Made by a program: the position numbers and the translations under genes. Source: Candidatus Thermofontivivens primus (lineage in GTDB: Bacteria > Sysuimicrobiota > Sysuimicrobiia > Sysuimicrobiales > Thermofontiviventaceae). Taken from it: DNA of 37,194 bases. The stretch covers positions 1 through 37,194 of the forward strand of contig JAVKJW010000022.1 in NCBI GenBank assembly GCA_031458695.1, read 5' to 3'. Every line of letters begins with the position of its first letter. Within the stretch, counting starts at the first letter, position 1. Positions 27,275 through 35,496 of the stretch are shown one piece after another. A model generated the notes under the pieces. That model was not told where the DNA came from and ran no database searches. It saw only the letters and a list, made by a program, of their open reading frames with translations.

Positions 27275-30205
27275 TTAAGATGTTGGCGGGGTGTACCCCT
27301 CCACCCGGTACGCCTCGGGATGGGGTTTGAGGGGTCGGAGCAGCCAGTACGGGCGACGGAGCCCACCAGGGCCAGGCCCGGGCCGTGTCAGGAGGAGCCA
27401 TCGCCTGTAAACAGAGTCAGCCTTCTCGGCGTCGACCACAACGTCCCCATAGCGATCCCCAGGGCCCGCCTTGACCACCTTCACCTTCTGGTGCCAGCAG
27501 TGCTGGCCGCTGATGGGGTCGGGCTGAACAGGGAAGGTGAGGTTCTGGTTCACCCCCCCTTCTGTCCACCAGATTCGGCTGGAATCAGGGTCGGAGCTGG
27601 GGAAGGGGCGTACCCCGTGGACCTGGCGCATGTGCCATTTCCCGTTCTGCCGTGCCAAACGCACCACTGCAGAATTCCACCGATCGCTCCCGTGGTCTTC
27701 AAACAACCGCCACCGCCCCAGGTGGTGGGAGCAAGCCACCACCCCCGGCCGGATCGCCTCGGTCACCCAGGCTCTGTCCACGAAGTAGCCGATCTCCGTC
27801 TCCACCCGGACGAGATCCCCGGTCTGAACTCCAACGCGCGCGGCGTCTCTGGGATGGATCCATACCGGGTTGATGTGCGAGATCTCATAGAGCCACTTGG
27901 CGCCGTTCGTGCGCGTGTGGATGAGGGTGGGAAGCCGGAAGGTCGGTATCAGTACGAACTCCTGCTTCGCTCCATCGATCTCACTTGGATGGACTTGGCT
28001 TGTGATGTGCACCATGCGCCCTCGCTCCTCGGGAGTGCGCGGGTAGACTGGGATTGCGTACTCCGGCCACCCCCATTCTGCCAAGGTGGTGGAGAAGAAT
28101 TCCAGCTTCCCCGACGGCGTGGGGAAGCCCTGTACGGGCTTTCCGTCTACCATGAGACCGATACGAACACGTCCCTTTCCATCGGTGAATGGACCAGGAT
28201 ACGGGCGGTAGTTCACCTTCGGAGGTGGCGAGGAAACCCAGATGAATCCTCGCTCGTCCACCTCCGCTCTCTCTAGGAGTTCTTGAGGAATCACACGTTC
28301 GTGCTCCATGTAGACCTCTCCGGTGATCTGGAAGGCTCCGTAACGCCGCATGTACTCCAGAGGAGAGAGACCTTCCTTCGCTGCGGCTTCGGGAAGCCCC
28401 GGGACGGAGTGCTCGAAGATGTATTGGTAGTACTCCCCAACTGTGATCTTTCGCCCCTCCCCAGGCTTCTCAAAGTGCCGGCGGATGCCAAGCTCCCCGT
28501 CGGGATCGATGCGCCAGGAAAGCTCAATCCAGAACTCATTCTCCTCCCAGACCTCGCCGGGATTGGCCTCGTAGGTGAATCCTATGGGGTGGCCCTCGGA
28601 CTCACGGGAAACACGCTGCACAGGCTGGCGGAACCCGATCCACTGCGCAGGGTGCGTCTCGTAGCTATGCAGGTCGTGGCGTTCCGGTCCCATCCCCATA
28701 GGGAGGACGTAGTCGGCGTATTGCGCCGTTTCGCTCCAGACAGGTGTCAGGCAAACGTGAAGGCCGATGGACGCCTCGTTGGTGAGCATATCAATCCAGG
28801 CGAAGCCATCGGGGTTGGTCCACACAGGGTTGTAAACCCGAGTAAAGTAGACCTCAATGCGCTTCCTCCGATCCCGCAGGAGATACGGGAGGAGAAAGCT
28901 CATCTCAAAGTGCGCCAGAGGGTACTCGGGAGGGAAGTGCAAGGTGTTCCAAACACGGATGGGATCGGGGACCGTTGGGGGTTTGGGGACGAACTTGCAC
29001 CAGTAGTTGGGTAACGTCCCGCCTGGTGTGCCCAGAGCACCCACCAGCACGTTCAGGAGAAAGAGGCAACGGGCAACCATCCACCCCCCACGGTTTCCTG
29101 CCGCCGCGTTGCGCCAGATGTGGGAGGCGAATGCCGTGCCTGCCCGACCGATCTCCTCGGCTACGGCGATGATGGTGGCAGGATCTACCCCGCTCTCCGA
29201 GGCCGCCCACTCCGGGGTGAAGTCGCGGTAGAGGTCGCGGAGGAGATCTACAAAGGCCTCATAGGTTACTTCCTCAGGAACTCGTTGGAGCCACGCTCGA
29301 TCCTTGAGGAAGCATAGGTAGTCCTGGTTCCCGAGAAGCTCCTCCCAGTTGACCCAGTGGCGCAGGAAGGTGTGGTTGAGGAGGTCCCGCTCGATCAAAT
29401 GCCTGGCCATGGCCAGGAGGATGGCCGCCTCTGTACCAGGCCAGGGAGCAAGCCAGTAGTCAGCGTGAGCAGCGGTGTTGCTGAGGCGAGTATCGATGAC
29501 GGCGATCTTGGCCCCGCGCGTCTTCGCCTCGATGATCCGCTGGGCGTGTGGGTTGAAGTAATGCCCAGATTCCAGGTGCGCGCTCAACATCAAGATGAAC
29601 CGGCTGTTGGCGTGGTCTGGGGCTGGACGGTCCATCCCCATCCAGAAGGCATAACCGGCCCGTGCCCCGGCCGAGCAGACGTTGGTATGGGAGTTGTGGC
29701 CATCCACCCCCCATGCCATCAGGACTCGCTCTGTGAACAGGTCCTCTCCTGGCCGCCCGACGTGGTAGACCACCGCATCCCTCCTTCCCTCTTCGAGGGC
29801 ACGCCGGATGCGCGAGGCGATGTCTCGGAGGGCCTCCTCCCACGTCACCCTCTCCCACTGTCCTCCTCCCCGTGGACCGATGCGCCGGAGAGGATAGAGG
29901 ATCCGATCTGGGTTCTGGACCTGGGCCAGGGTCGCAGGGCCCTTGGCACAGTTCTTCCCGCGGCTTGCCGGGTGCAGTGGGTTCCCCTCAAGTTTCCGGA
30001 TCTCCCCAGTCTCCTTGTCCACATAGGCGAGGAGGCCGCACGCTGCTTCACAGTTGAAGCAAACGGTGGGAACCAGCCGGTAGTGCCGCTTGCGAGAGCG
30101 GGGATCGCGCGGGTCAGGTTCTACCCAGTCATCCCACCGGTCCCTCGGGGGGAAGGAGTGGAGCCCCCCGAAGCGTGTAAACTCATCCGTTCCACGCTGA
30201 CGCAT
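27275..30205 (-). CDS. Molybdo/tungsto-bisPGD oxidoreductase catalytic subunit (DMSO reductase/MopB superfamily), no Tat signal
   Basis: GGAGG RBS; FS0 motif CFNCEAAC...NCAKG, DRILYPLRR, HTNVCS (likely Cys ligand), ETAQYADYVLP, C-terminal WIHPRDA domain. Confidence 0.92.
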   Translation of the reverse strand: MRQRGTDEFTRFGGLHSFPPRDRWDDWVEPDPRDPRSRKRHYRLVPTVCFNCEAACGLLAYVDKETGEIRKLEGNPLHPASRGKNCAKGPATLAQVQNPDRILYPLRRIGPRGGGQWERVTWEEALRDIASRIRRALEEGRRDAVVYHVGRPGEDLFTERVLMAWGVDGHNSHTNVCSAGARAGYAFWMGMDRPAPDHANSRFILMLSAHLESGHYFNPHAQRIIEAKTRGAKIAVIDTRLSNTAAHADYWLAPWPGTEAAILLAMARHLIERDLLNHTFLRHWVNWEELLGNQDYLCFLKDRAWLQRVPEEVTYEAFVDLLRDLYRDFTPEWAASESGVDPATIIAVAEEIGRAGTAFASHIWRNAAAGNRGGWMVARCLFLLNVLVGALGTPGGTLPNYWCKFVPKPPTVPDPIRVWNTLHFPPEYPLAHFEMSFLLPYLLRDRRKRIEVYFTRVYNPVWTNPDGFAWIDMLTNEASIGLHVCLTPVWSETAQYADYVLPMGMGPERHDLHSYETHPAQWIGFRQPVQRVSRESEGHPIGFTYEANPGEVWEENEFWIELSWRIDPDGELGIRRHFEKPGEGRKITVGEYYQYIFEHSVPGLPEAAAKEGLSPLEYMRRYGAFQITGEVYMEHERVIPQELLERAEVDERGFIWVSSPPPKVNYRPYPGPFTDGKGRVRIGLMVDGKPVQGFPTPSGKLEFFSTTLAEWGWPEYAIPVYPRTPEERGRMVHITSQVHPSEIDGAKQEFVLIPTFRLPTLIHTRTNGAKWLYEISHINPVWIHPRDAARVGVQTGDLVRVETEIGYFVDRAWVTEAIRPGVVACSHHLGRWRLFEDHGSDRWNSAVVRLARQNGKWHMRQVHGVRPFPSSDPDSSRIWWTEGGVNQNLTFPVQPDPISGQHCWHQKVKVVKAGPGDRYGDVVVDAEKADSVYRRWLLLTRPGPGPGGLRRPYWLLRPLKPHPEAYRVEGYTPPTS

Positions 30206-30257
30206 TGTGGTAAACCCTCCTGGTTGCCTCTTTGAGTACCTCCGTTCTCTCCTCAGG

Positions 30258-30296
30258 GCCCCGGGAAAAGCCGAAGGACTTTTGCCGGGTAGTTAA
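30258..30296 (-). repeat. REP/MITE-like element, copy 3 (degenerate)
   Basis: Minus strand TTAACTACCCGGCAAAAGTCCTTCGGCTTTTCCCGGGGC; its TAA is the TSUP stop codon. Confidence 0.65.
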
Positions 30297-31096
30297 GCAA
30301 TGAGGCGTAGGGCTACAGTTCCCAGGACAACACCCAACGCCCGTACAATGAACACGTCGTGGACTCTCTGGGAGAGCCGCGCCCCAGCCTGCGCGCCGAT
30401 GATAGCACCTGATCCGACGGTGGCCAGCAACCACCAGACGCCGGAGTACTCCCCCCGCAAGAGGTGGAGAAGGACAGCCCCCCAGGCCATGACCGCCAGG
30501 GCAAACTGTGAAGTAGCTGTGGCAATGGAGACGGGATACCTCAGGATGTAGATCAGGAGCGGAACGTGGAACGGGCCACCCCCGATCCCGAGGAGGCTTG
30601 CCAAGAACCCAGCCGCTGCGCTCAACCCGATGCCAATGGGGATGTTGACGGGATACGCAGCTTCTTGTTGCCCGTCAGGGACACCCTTCCCATTGTGTGC
30701 TATGGAGGAACCCTTTTCGGGTTTGGCCACAAGGTACGCCGCCAGGGTAAAGAGTAAGACGCTAAAGAACTTCTGGAAGAGATCCCTTGGGATGTAGGAA
30801 ACGAGAGAGACTCCTGCGACCACGCCAGGAATCATGGCCAGGGCTAGCCTCCACCCCATCCCGAAGTCCACGCGCCCTAATCGTGCGTAGGCCATGGAAC
30901 CCGAGGTACTGTTGAGGGCCACCACGGCCAAGGACGTGGCTGTGACCTGCGCAGGCTCCAGTTCCGGGAAAAGCAACAGGAGGACCGGTACGAGGAGGAA
31001 CCCTCCGCCTGCACCCACGAGGGTGCCTATCCCTCCCACAAGCATACCGAGGGCTCCCAAGGTGACTGGGTTGTTCACGAGCGCGCTGGTCTCCAC
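30293..31096 (-). CDS. Sulfite exporter TauE/SafE (TSUP) family transporter
   Basis: GTLVGAGGGFLLVP and SLLGIGGGPFHVP repeats, ATSL/ATATSQ, about 8 TM helices. Start GTG 31096 (GAGGTG RBS) or 31108. Confidence 0.9.
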   Translation of the reverse strand: METSALVNNPVTLGALGMLVGGIGTLVGAGGGFLLVPVLLLLFPELEPAQVTATSLAVVALNSTSGSMAYARLGRVDFGMGWRLALAMIPGVVAGVSLVSYIPRDLFQKFFSVLLFTLAAYLVAKPEKGSSIAHNGKGVPDGQQEAAYPVNIPIGIGLSAAAGFLASLLGIGGGPFHVPLLIYILRYPVSIATATSQFALAVMAWGAVLLHLLRGEYSGVWWLLATVGSGAIIGAQAGARLSQRVHDVFIVRALGVVLGTVALRLIA

Positions 31097-31104
31097 AGCA
31101 GGGA

Positions 31105-32712
31105 TCACCTCAGCGGCACAGACTGTCCTGCTTGGACATAGGCATGGTCGTAGAGCAGGAGTCCCAATAGGACGCCTGCCGCGGCCGTATGTAACCATCC
31201 GCTGGAGAGATCGCCTATCCCAAGAAGTACAAAGGGAAGCACCCCACTGCCAAAGAGGCCACCCCAGTAAGCCAACCGGAACGCCCCCCTGTACATGGAA
31301 CGGGCGGCCAAGGCCACATCCGTCGTAGCATGAGGAGTGAGCAGGTCGCTTGCAACCAGCAAGAGGTGCACCGCGGCGGCGGTAAGGAAGATCCAACGTA
31401 TCGGGAGGAGTGCATCTCCCTCTCCCCTCCAGATAGCCGCGAGAAGGACAATGGCTGCGCTTCCGCTCAACAGCGCTTGCACGAGAAGGTGCAGCGGCAG
31501 GAGGGGATTCTGCCACAGGTCTCTCCCCTTCGCCTGGGCGAAGAGGAAAGCGGTGTAAACGGCTGTGAGGACCGCAAGAACCACTCCCACGACCCGAAGG
31601 AGAGGGATGACCGCCGCCCACTGCAAGAAAGTGACCAGCAAGAACGCCGCGAGCAGGACCCCGTAGGCGGTGATGATCCACGCGCCCCGTGCAAGCCAAG
31701 ATCGCGGGTTGGGACGGACCAGGATCAGGTAGAACCGTTCTGGGTGCGTCAGATCACCCACAAGGAGAATGCCCGTGATGACGAGCCATAGGATTGCCAA
31801 AGCCGCCATGGTGAGATCCCATGTCCGCCCTGGGTGATAGCCGAGCCAGGTCAGCAGAGCAGGAAGGATGAAGAGGCCCGCCGCAAGCGACTTCGTCCAC
31901 AGGTAGGCGGAGACCATCCATCCCCAGGGGATCTTTTGAGGGGTATCGTAGACGGCCATCTCCTGAAGGAGGTTGGAACCGGTGGACGGGTGGAAATGGG
32001 CCCTGTTGGCATTTTCTGCGAAAGGATAGAGAGTGGGATGGGCTGCGGCCGTGGGGACCAGGGTGGATTCGTGAGCGTCAATGTAGAAGAGCTTGGGATG
32101 CGTCCCCTTCTCTGGCTTGCGCACCACCACCTTCTCCCGACTGAGGATCTCCCTCACCTCGCTTCCGTCGGCGTTGAGGGGGCCCACGATGATGGCCTCC
32201 ACAGGACATACCACCACGCACGCTGGTTCCAATCCCATGTCGATGCGGTGGGCACAGAAGTTGCACTTCTCTGCGCTCCTGCTGAGAGGATCGATATAGA
32301 TGGCGTCGTAGGGGCACGCCTCCATGCACGCTTTGCACCCGATGCAGATCGAGCGGTGAAAGTCCACAATCCCGTCCTCACGGCGAAACATCGCCCCCGT
32401 CGGGCAGATCTCCACGCACGGGGGTTTGTCACACTGGTTGCACCGGGTAATCTGGAAATGACGCTGGATCGTGGGGAACCCGCCAACTTCAACCTGCTTC
32501 ACATAGGTCCGGTTGACCCCAATGGGGACGAGGTGCTCCGCCTTACACGCCAAGGTGCAGGCGTGGCACCCAATGCACTTCCTATGGTCGATGACCTTCG
32601 CCCATAGAACGGGAGCATGGTCCGTGGCCATGCCGGCACGGGAGGAGGTCGCCCCGCCTAAGGACGAGAAGGGCACCGAGTTGGGTGGTGTGGCCGGTCG
32701 AGCTTCCATCAC
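31105..32712 (-). CDS. Fused four-cluster Fe-S protein (NrfC/PsrB/DmsB-like) + NrfD/PsrC-family membrane anchor
   Basis: CIGCHACTLAC, CNQCDKPPCVEIC, CIGCKACMEAC, KCNFC...ACVVVC; then PWGWMVSAYLW, DLTHPERF, SWLARGAW, YTAFLF and about 8 TM helices. Confidence 0.92.
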   Translation of the reverse strand: MMEARPATPPNSVPFSSLGGATSSRAGMATDHAPVLWAKVIDHRKCIGCHACTLACKAEHLVPIGVNRTYVKQVEVGGFPTIQRHFQITRCNQCDKPPCVEICPTGAMFRREDGIVDFHRSICIGCKACMEACPYDAIYIDPLSRSAEKCNFCAHRIDMGLEPACVVVCPVEAIIVGPLNADGSEVREILSREKVVVRKPEKGTHPKLFYIDAHESTLVPTAAAHPTLYPFAENANRAHFHPSTGSNLLQEMAVYDTPQKIPWGWMVSAYLWTKSLAAGLFILPALLTWLGYHPGRTWDLTMAALAILWLVITGILLVGDLTHPERFYLILVRPNPRSWLARGAWIITAYGVLLAAFLLVTFLQWAAVIPLLRVVGVVLAVLTAVYTAFLFAQAKGRDLWQNPLLPLHLLVQALLSGSAAIVLLAAIWRGEGDALLPIRWIFLTAAAVHLLLVASDLLTPHATTDVALAARSMYRGAFRLAYWGGLFGSGVLPFVLLGIGDLSSGWLHTAAAGVLLGLLLYDHAYVQAGQSVPLR

Positions 32713-33785
32713 CGGATTTGCTCCAGAAGCATCAAGGCCTGTGTAAGATCCTCAATTGACATCCCAGGAGCCTGCACTGAGAGCGCGCGGTAGATATCGC
32801 TCATGCGCTGGTGGAGCGCCTCGGGTTTCAGCGGCAGGCCGCGGAGGGCCTGCTCCAATGCACCCACGGCCCACGCAGGAAGGATCGTGAAGTCCCCCGA
32901 GATGCTCAGGTCATCGATGCGGCCCTCCCTCAAGCGGGCGGTGAGACGGATGAGGCCGCCCGGAGCCTTATGGGTGACCTCCGCCACGTGCACGTCGGCG
33001 TGGATCTTCACCACCTGGGATTGGCGTAGTCCTCCTTTCTGGTAGAGCCACTCCTCTGAGGAGAACCGCTCCTCCAACTCCCTGACGACCTCCCACTCCC
33101 GTTCGGTCAGCTCCCCTGGCTCCAGCTCCCGGCCTAGCGCACGCGCGCACCGCTGGAGGTACAATCCCTTTACCTCCTCGCGATCCGGGAGAGTCCCAAG
33201 TTCACGCTTTATCGTCGTGATGTACTCCTGGATGCTCTGGAAGACCTTGTCGCGCATCTTCTCAGAGGGAACGCGCAGGACCCGTGCCATGAGCTCGTGG
33301 TTGAAGTCGAACATGAGGCTTCCGACTACGACCTCGCTCCGGCCAATGGAAGCGGCCCCCGTTCCTCCAATCTTTCTGCCGGATACCTGGATATCGTTGA
33401 TAGGACGGTGATATGCAGGGATCCCAAGTTGGTTGTAGGTCTCCACGAGGGGCTGGATGTACACGGAGAACCGGTCCTCGAGCCTCGCCGGGAGGCGGTC
33501 GCGGTGGAAGATCCACTGACAGAAGACCTGGTTCCGGTCCAGGTACACCGCTCCGCCGCCAACTTCCCGGCGAACGACAGGGAGCCCCGCCTGGGCGCAA
33601 TATTCCAGGTCTACCTCTTTCTCTGCATCCTGATGGTATCCAATGGAGACATAGGGTTTCAAAGAGGTCACGAGGAGAATCGTGTCCGGGGTCGCATCCT
33701 CCATCGCGTAGGCTACTGCATGGTATACTGCCTGGGATGCCACTGGAGAAACCTCCCCCACATCCACGACCCGAATCGGCTCCAT
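32709..33785 (-). CDS. Lipoate:protein ligase (catalytic + C-terminal LplB-like domain), sLpl(AB)-like
   Basis: SQAVYHAVA, VSIGYHQ, RREVGGGAVYLD, NDIQVSGRKIGGTG, KMRDK, KAPGGLIR...ISGDF. Confidence 0.9.
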   Translation of the reverse strand: MEPIRVVDVGEVSPVASQAVYHAVAYAMEDATPDTILLVTSLKPYVSIGYHQDAEKEVDLEYCAQAGLPVVRREVGGGAVYLDRNQVFCQWIFHRDRLPARLEDRFSVYIQPLVETYNQLGIPAYHRPINDIQVSGRKIGGTGAASIGRSEVVVGSLMFDFNHELMARVLRVPSEKMRDKVFQSIQEYITTIKRELGTLPDREEVKGLYLQRCARALGRELEPGELTEREWEVVRELEERFSSEEWLYQKGGLRQSQVVKIHADVHVAEVTHKAPGGLIRLTARLREGRIDDLSISGDFTILPAWAVGALEQALRGLPLKPEALHQRMSDIYRALSVQAPGMSIEDLTQALMLLEQIR

Positions 33786-33806
33786 TGCCCTCCCTCCTTT
33801 CCTCTT

Positions 33807-34256
33807 TCATCCTGCGCAACGGATACAGTGGACCTTGCGCTGGTCGATCTTTTTCCGGTAAGCCTCGACCGCAGCGCTTCCCGTCAGCAAAACCTTGCTC
33901 TCTTCAGCGAAGTTTGTGGGCCTGAGGCGGATAAGCCATCCCGCCCCATACGGGTCCTTGTTGGCCAGCAGGAGGTCGCTGCGGAACCCCTCGTTGACAG
34001 CAACGATCACCCCGCTTAGGGGCGTAGGAAAAGGCCCCACCCACTTGGCACTCTCGATGATCGCGGCGCTTTGACCACGGCGGAGGGCTTTGCCCACACC
34101 CTTCAAGGTAATGTTGACAATCCGCCCGCACTGCGCCTGCGCAGGATCCGTCATTCCCAGGGTCACGGTTCCGTCCTCCTCCAGCCGGACCCATACGTCG
34201 TAGTCCACATCGTAGTAAAGCTCCTCCGGGATCTCGCAGGCGTTATAGACGGCCAT
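33807..34256 (-). CDS. GcvH-like lipoate-binding protein (LbpA type)
   Basis: IESAKWVGP lipoyl-Lys motif, DPYGAGWL, N-terminal Cys7, C-terminal HCIRC; no gcvT/gcvP in the window. Confidence 0.88.
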   Translation of the reverse strand: MAVYNACEIPEELYYDVDYDVWVRLEEDGTVTLGMTDPAQAQCGRIVNITLKGVGKALRRGQSAAIIESAKWVGPFPTPLSGVIVAVNEGFRSDLLLANKDPYGAGWLIRLRPTNFAEESKVLLTGSAAVEAYRKKIDQRKVHCIRCAG

Positions 34257-34261
34257 GACCC

Positions 34262-34699
34262 TCACCGGCAGCGGATGCCTTGGGCTGCAAGAAGGTCCTG
34301 GTATGCTCTCACCGCCTCCGCTCCTGTAAGTAAGAGGGAGCGCTCCGCCTCCCACTGGCTGGGTTGGATCCGTAGGATCCAGCCATCTCCATAGGGATCT
34401 CGATTGATGAGGCTGGGTTCGCCCTTCAGGCGCTCGTTCACAGCCACAACCTGCCCGGTGACAGGGGACGTCACAGGACCCACCCACTTCCCGCTCTCCA
34501 CAGTCCCCGCGCTCTTCCCCCGGTCAACCGTCCGCCCTACCCCCTTCGGGGTAACGGCGATGATGGTCTTTGCCAGGTGCTGGGCAACATCGGTGATGCC
34601 AATGGTGATCGTGCCGTCGCTCTCCTGCCGAGCCCAGACGTGCTTGTCGACCCAGTAGTACAACTCCTCAGGAATGATGCACCCCGATATCTCAGCCAT
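34262..34699 (-). CDS. GcvH-like lipoate-binding protein (LbpA type)
   Basis: VESGKWVGP lipoyl-Lys motif, DPYGDGWI, N-terminal Cys7, C-terminal GIRCR; GGAGG RBS. Confidence 0.88.
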   Translation of the reverse strand: MAEISGCIIPEELYYWVDKHVWARQESDGTITIGITDVAQHLAKTIIAVTPKGVGRTVDRGKSAGTVESGKWVGPVTSPVTGQVVAVNERLKGEPSLINRDPYGDGWILRIQPSQWEAERSLLLTGAEAVRAYQDLLAAQGIRCR

Positions 34700-34958
34700 G
34701 GACCCCCTCCAGGTGGTAGAGAAGTTGATCGAATGCGACGAGCGCAATCTCCCGGCGGAACTCCTCCAGGAAACCTGGGTCCTTCCACCGCGGCTTGACC
34801 CGCTGGGTGAACCGGAAGTCGCAGTGGGGACAGGCGATTTCATAGAACATGCGCTCATCTGTCCCCTGGCGGGTCACCACCAGAGCGCTGTGTTGATCGA
34901 CCAGATGTCGGTGGAGTTCCCAGCGGTCCCCTTCAAAGACGCACCACGGACATCTCAC
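34692..34958 (-). CDS. Small putative zinc-finger protein
   Basis: CPWC-x9-HRHLVDQH, CPHC, C-terminal HLEGVH; GTGA overlap with the upstream gene and overlap with the downstream lbpA start. Confidence 0.75.
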   Translation of the reverse strand: MRCPWCVFEGDRWELHRHLVDQHSALVVTRQGTDERMFYEIACPHCDFRFTQRVKPRWKDPGFLEEFRREIALVAFDQLLYHLEGVHG

Positions 34959-35431
34959 AACCGCATCCCCTCCAAAGCCGTTGCCCATTCCTCGGTGATC
35001 CTCTTGCCCAGCGCCTGCACAAGGCTCTGAATGAGCCCTACAAACGCAGCTGTGGCCGCTGTCGCTTGGACGTGGTCGCCGATGAGGGAGCGCGCGGCCA
35101 GGCCCACCTGCACCAGATCGGCAACCCGTTCCGAGACAGCAAGCGCGGGGAGCTGGACCTCCCCTGCCAGCTCTACCAGGGGAAAGCTGGCCTCGCGGGC
35201 AAGGCGGGACAGGATGGCATAGTTGACAGGATCCGTTCCCAGCCGCAGGAGGCGGAAGAGGAACTCCTCTGCAAGCTTTTCTACCTCCTCTCCGTGGGCT
35301 GCCGCAACCCCTCCCTGATTCTCCGGCAACCTGTCAAGACGGTGGGCGGCCAGGGTAATGGCGCGGATGCGTTCCCAGAGCGCCTCAGCAAGCACATCCA
35401 GGGTCCCCAGGAGACGAGGATCCTCGCTCAT
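34955..35431 (-). CDS. Hypothetical protein with putative winged-helix domain
   Basis: GGAGGT RBS; DPVNYAILSRL...LVELAGEVQLPALAVSERVADLVQVGLA pattern resembles ArsR/MarR-type wHTH. Confidence 0.72.
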   Translation of the reverse strand: MSEDPRLLGTLDVLAEALWERIRAITLAAHRLDRLPENQGGVAAAHGEEVEKLAEEFLFRLLRLGTDPVNYAILSRLAREASFPLVELAGEVQLPALAVSERVADLVQVGLAARSLIGDHVQATAATAAFVGLIQSLVQALGKRITEEWATALEGMRL

Positions 35432-35496
35432 ACGCGCTTTACCTCCTCAGGAGCCTCGCAGAATTTTTGCCCACATTGTGTCGAGTCTCCCGTCTT

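Noticed and set aside
27275..30205. Formate dehydrogenase or selenoprotein call
   Set aside because: No in-frame TGA and no FDH-type C/U-H active-site motif recognised; the NrfD partner and TSUP context point elsewhere.
31097..31699. Long N-terminal extensions in the ORF track (TSUP from 31699; also 3039, 11741, 20484, 34487, 34858)
   Set aside because: They overlap neighbouring genes or promoters and have low-complexity, non-family sequence; downstream starts with an RBS or coupling to the upstream stop fit better.
33807..34699. Glycine cleavage system
   Set aside because: No gcvT or gcvP; the KWVG motif and terminal cysteines fit LbpA-type carriers better.
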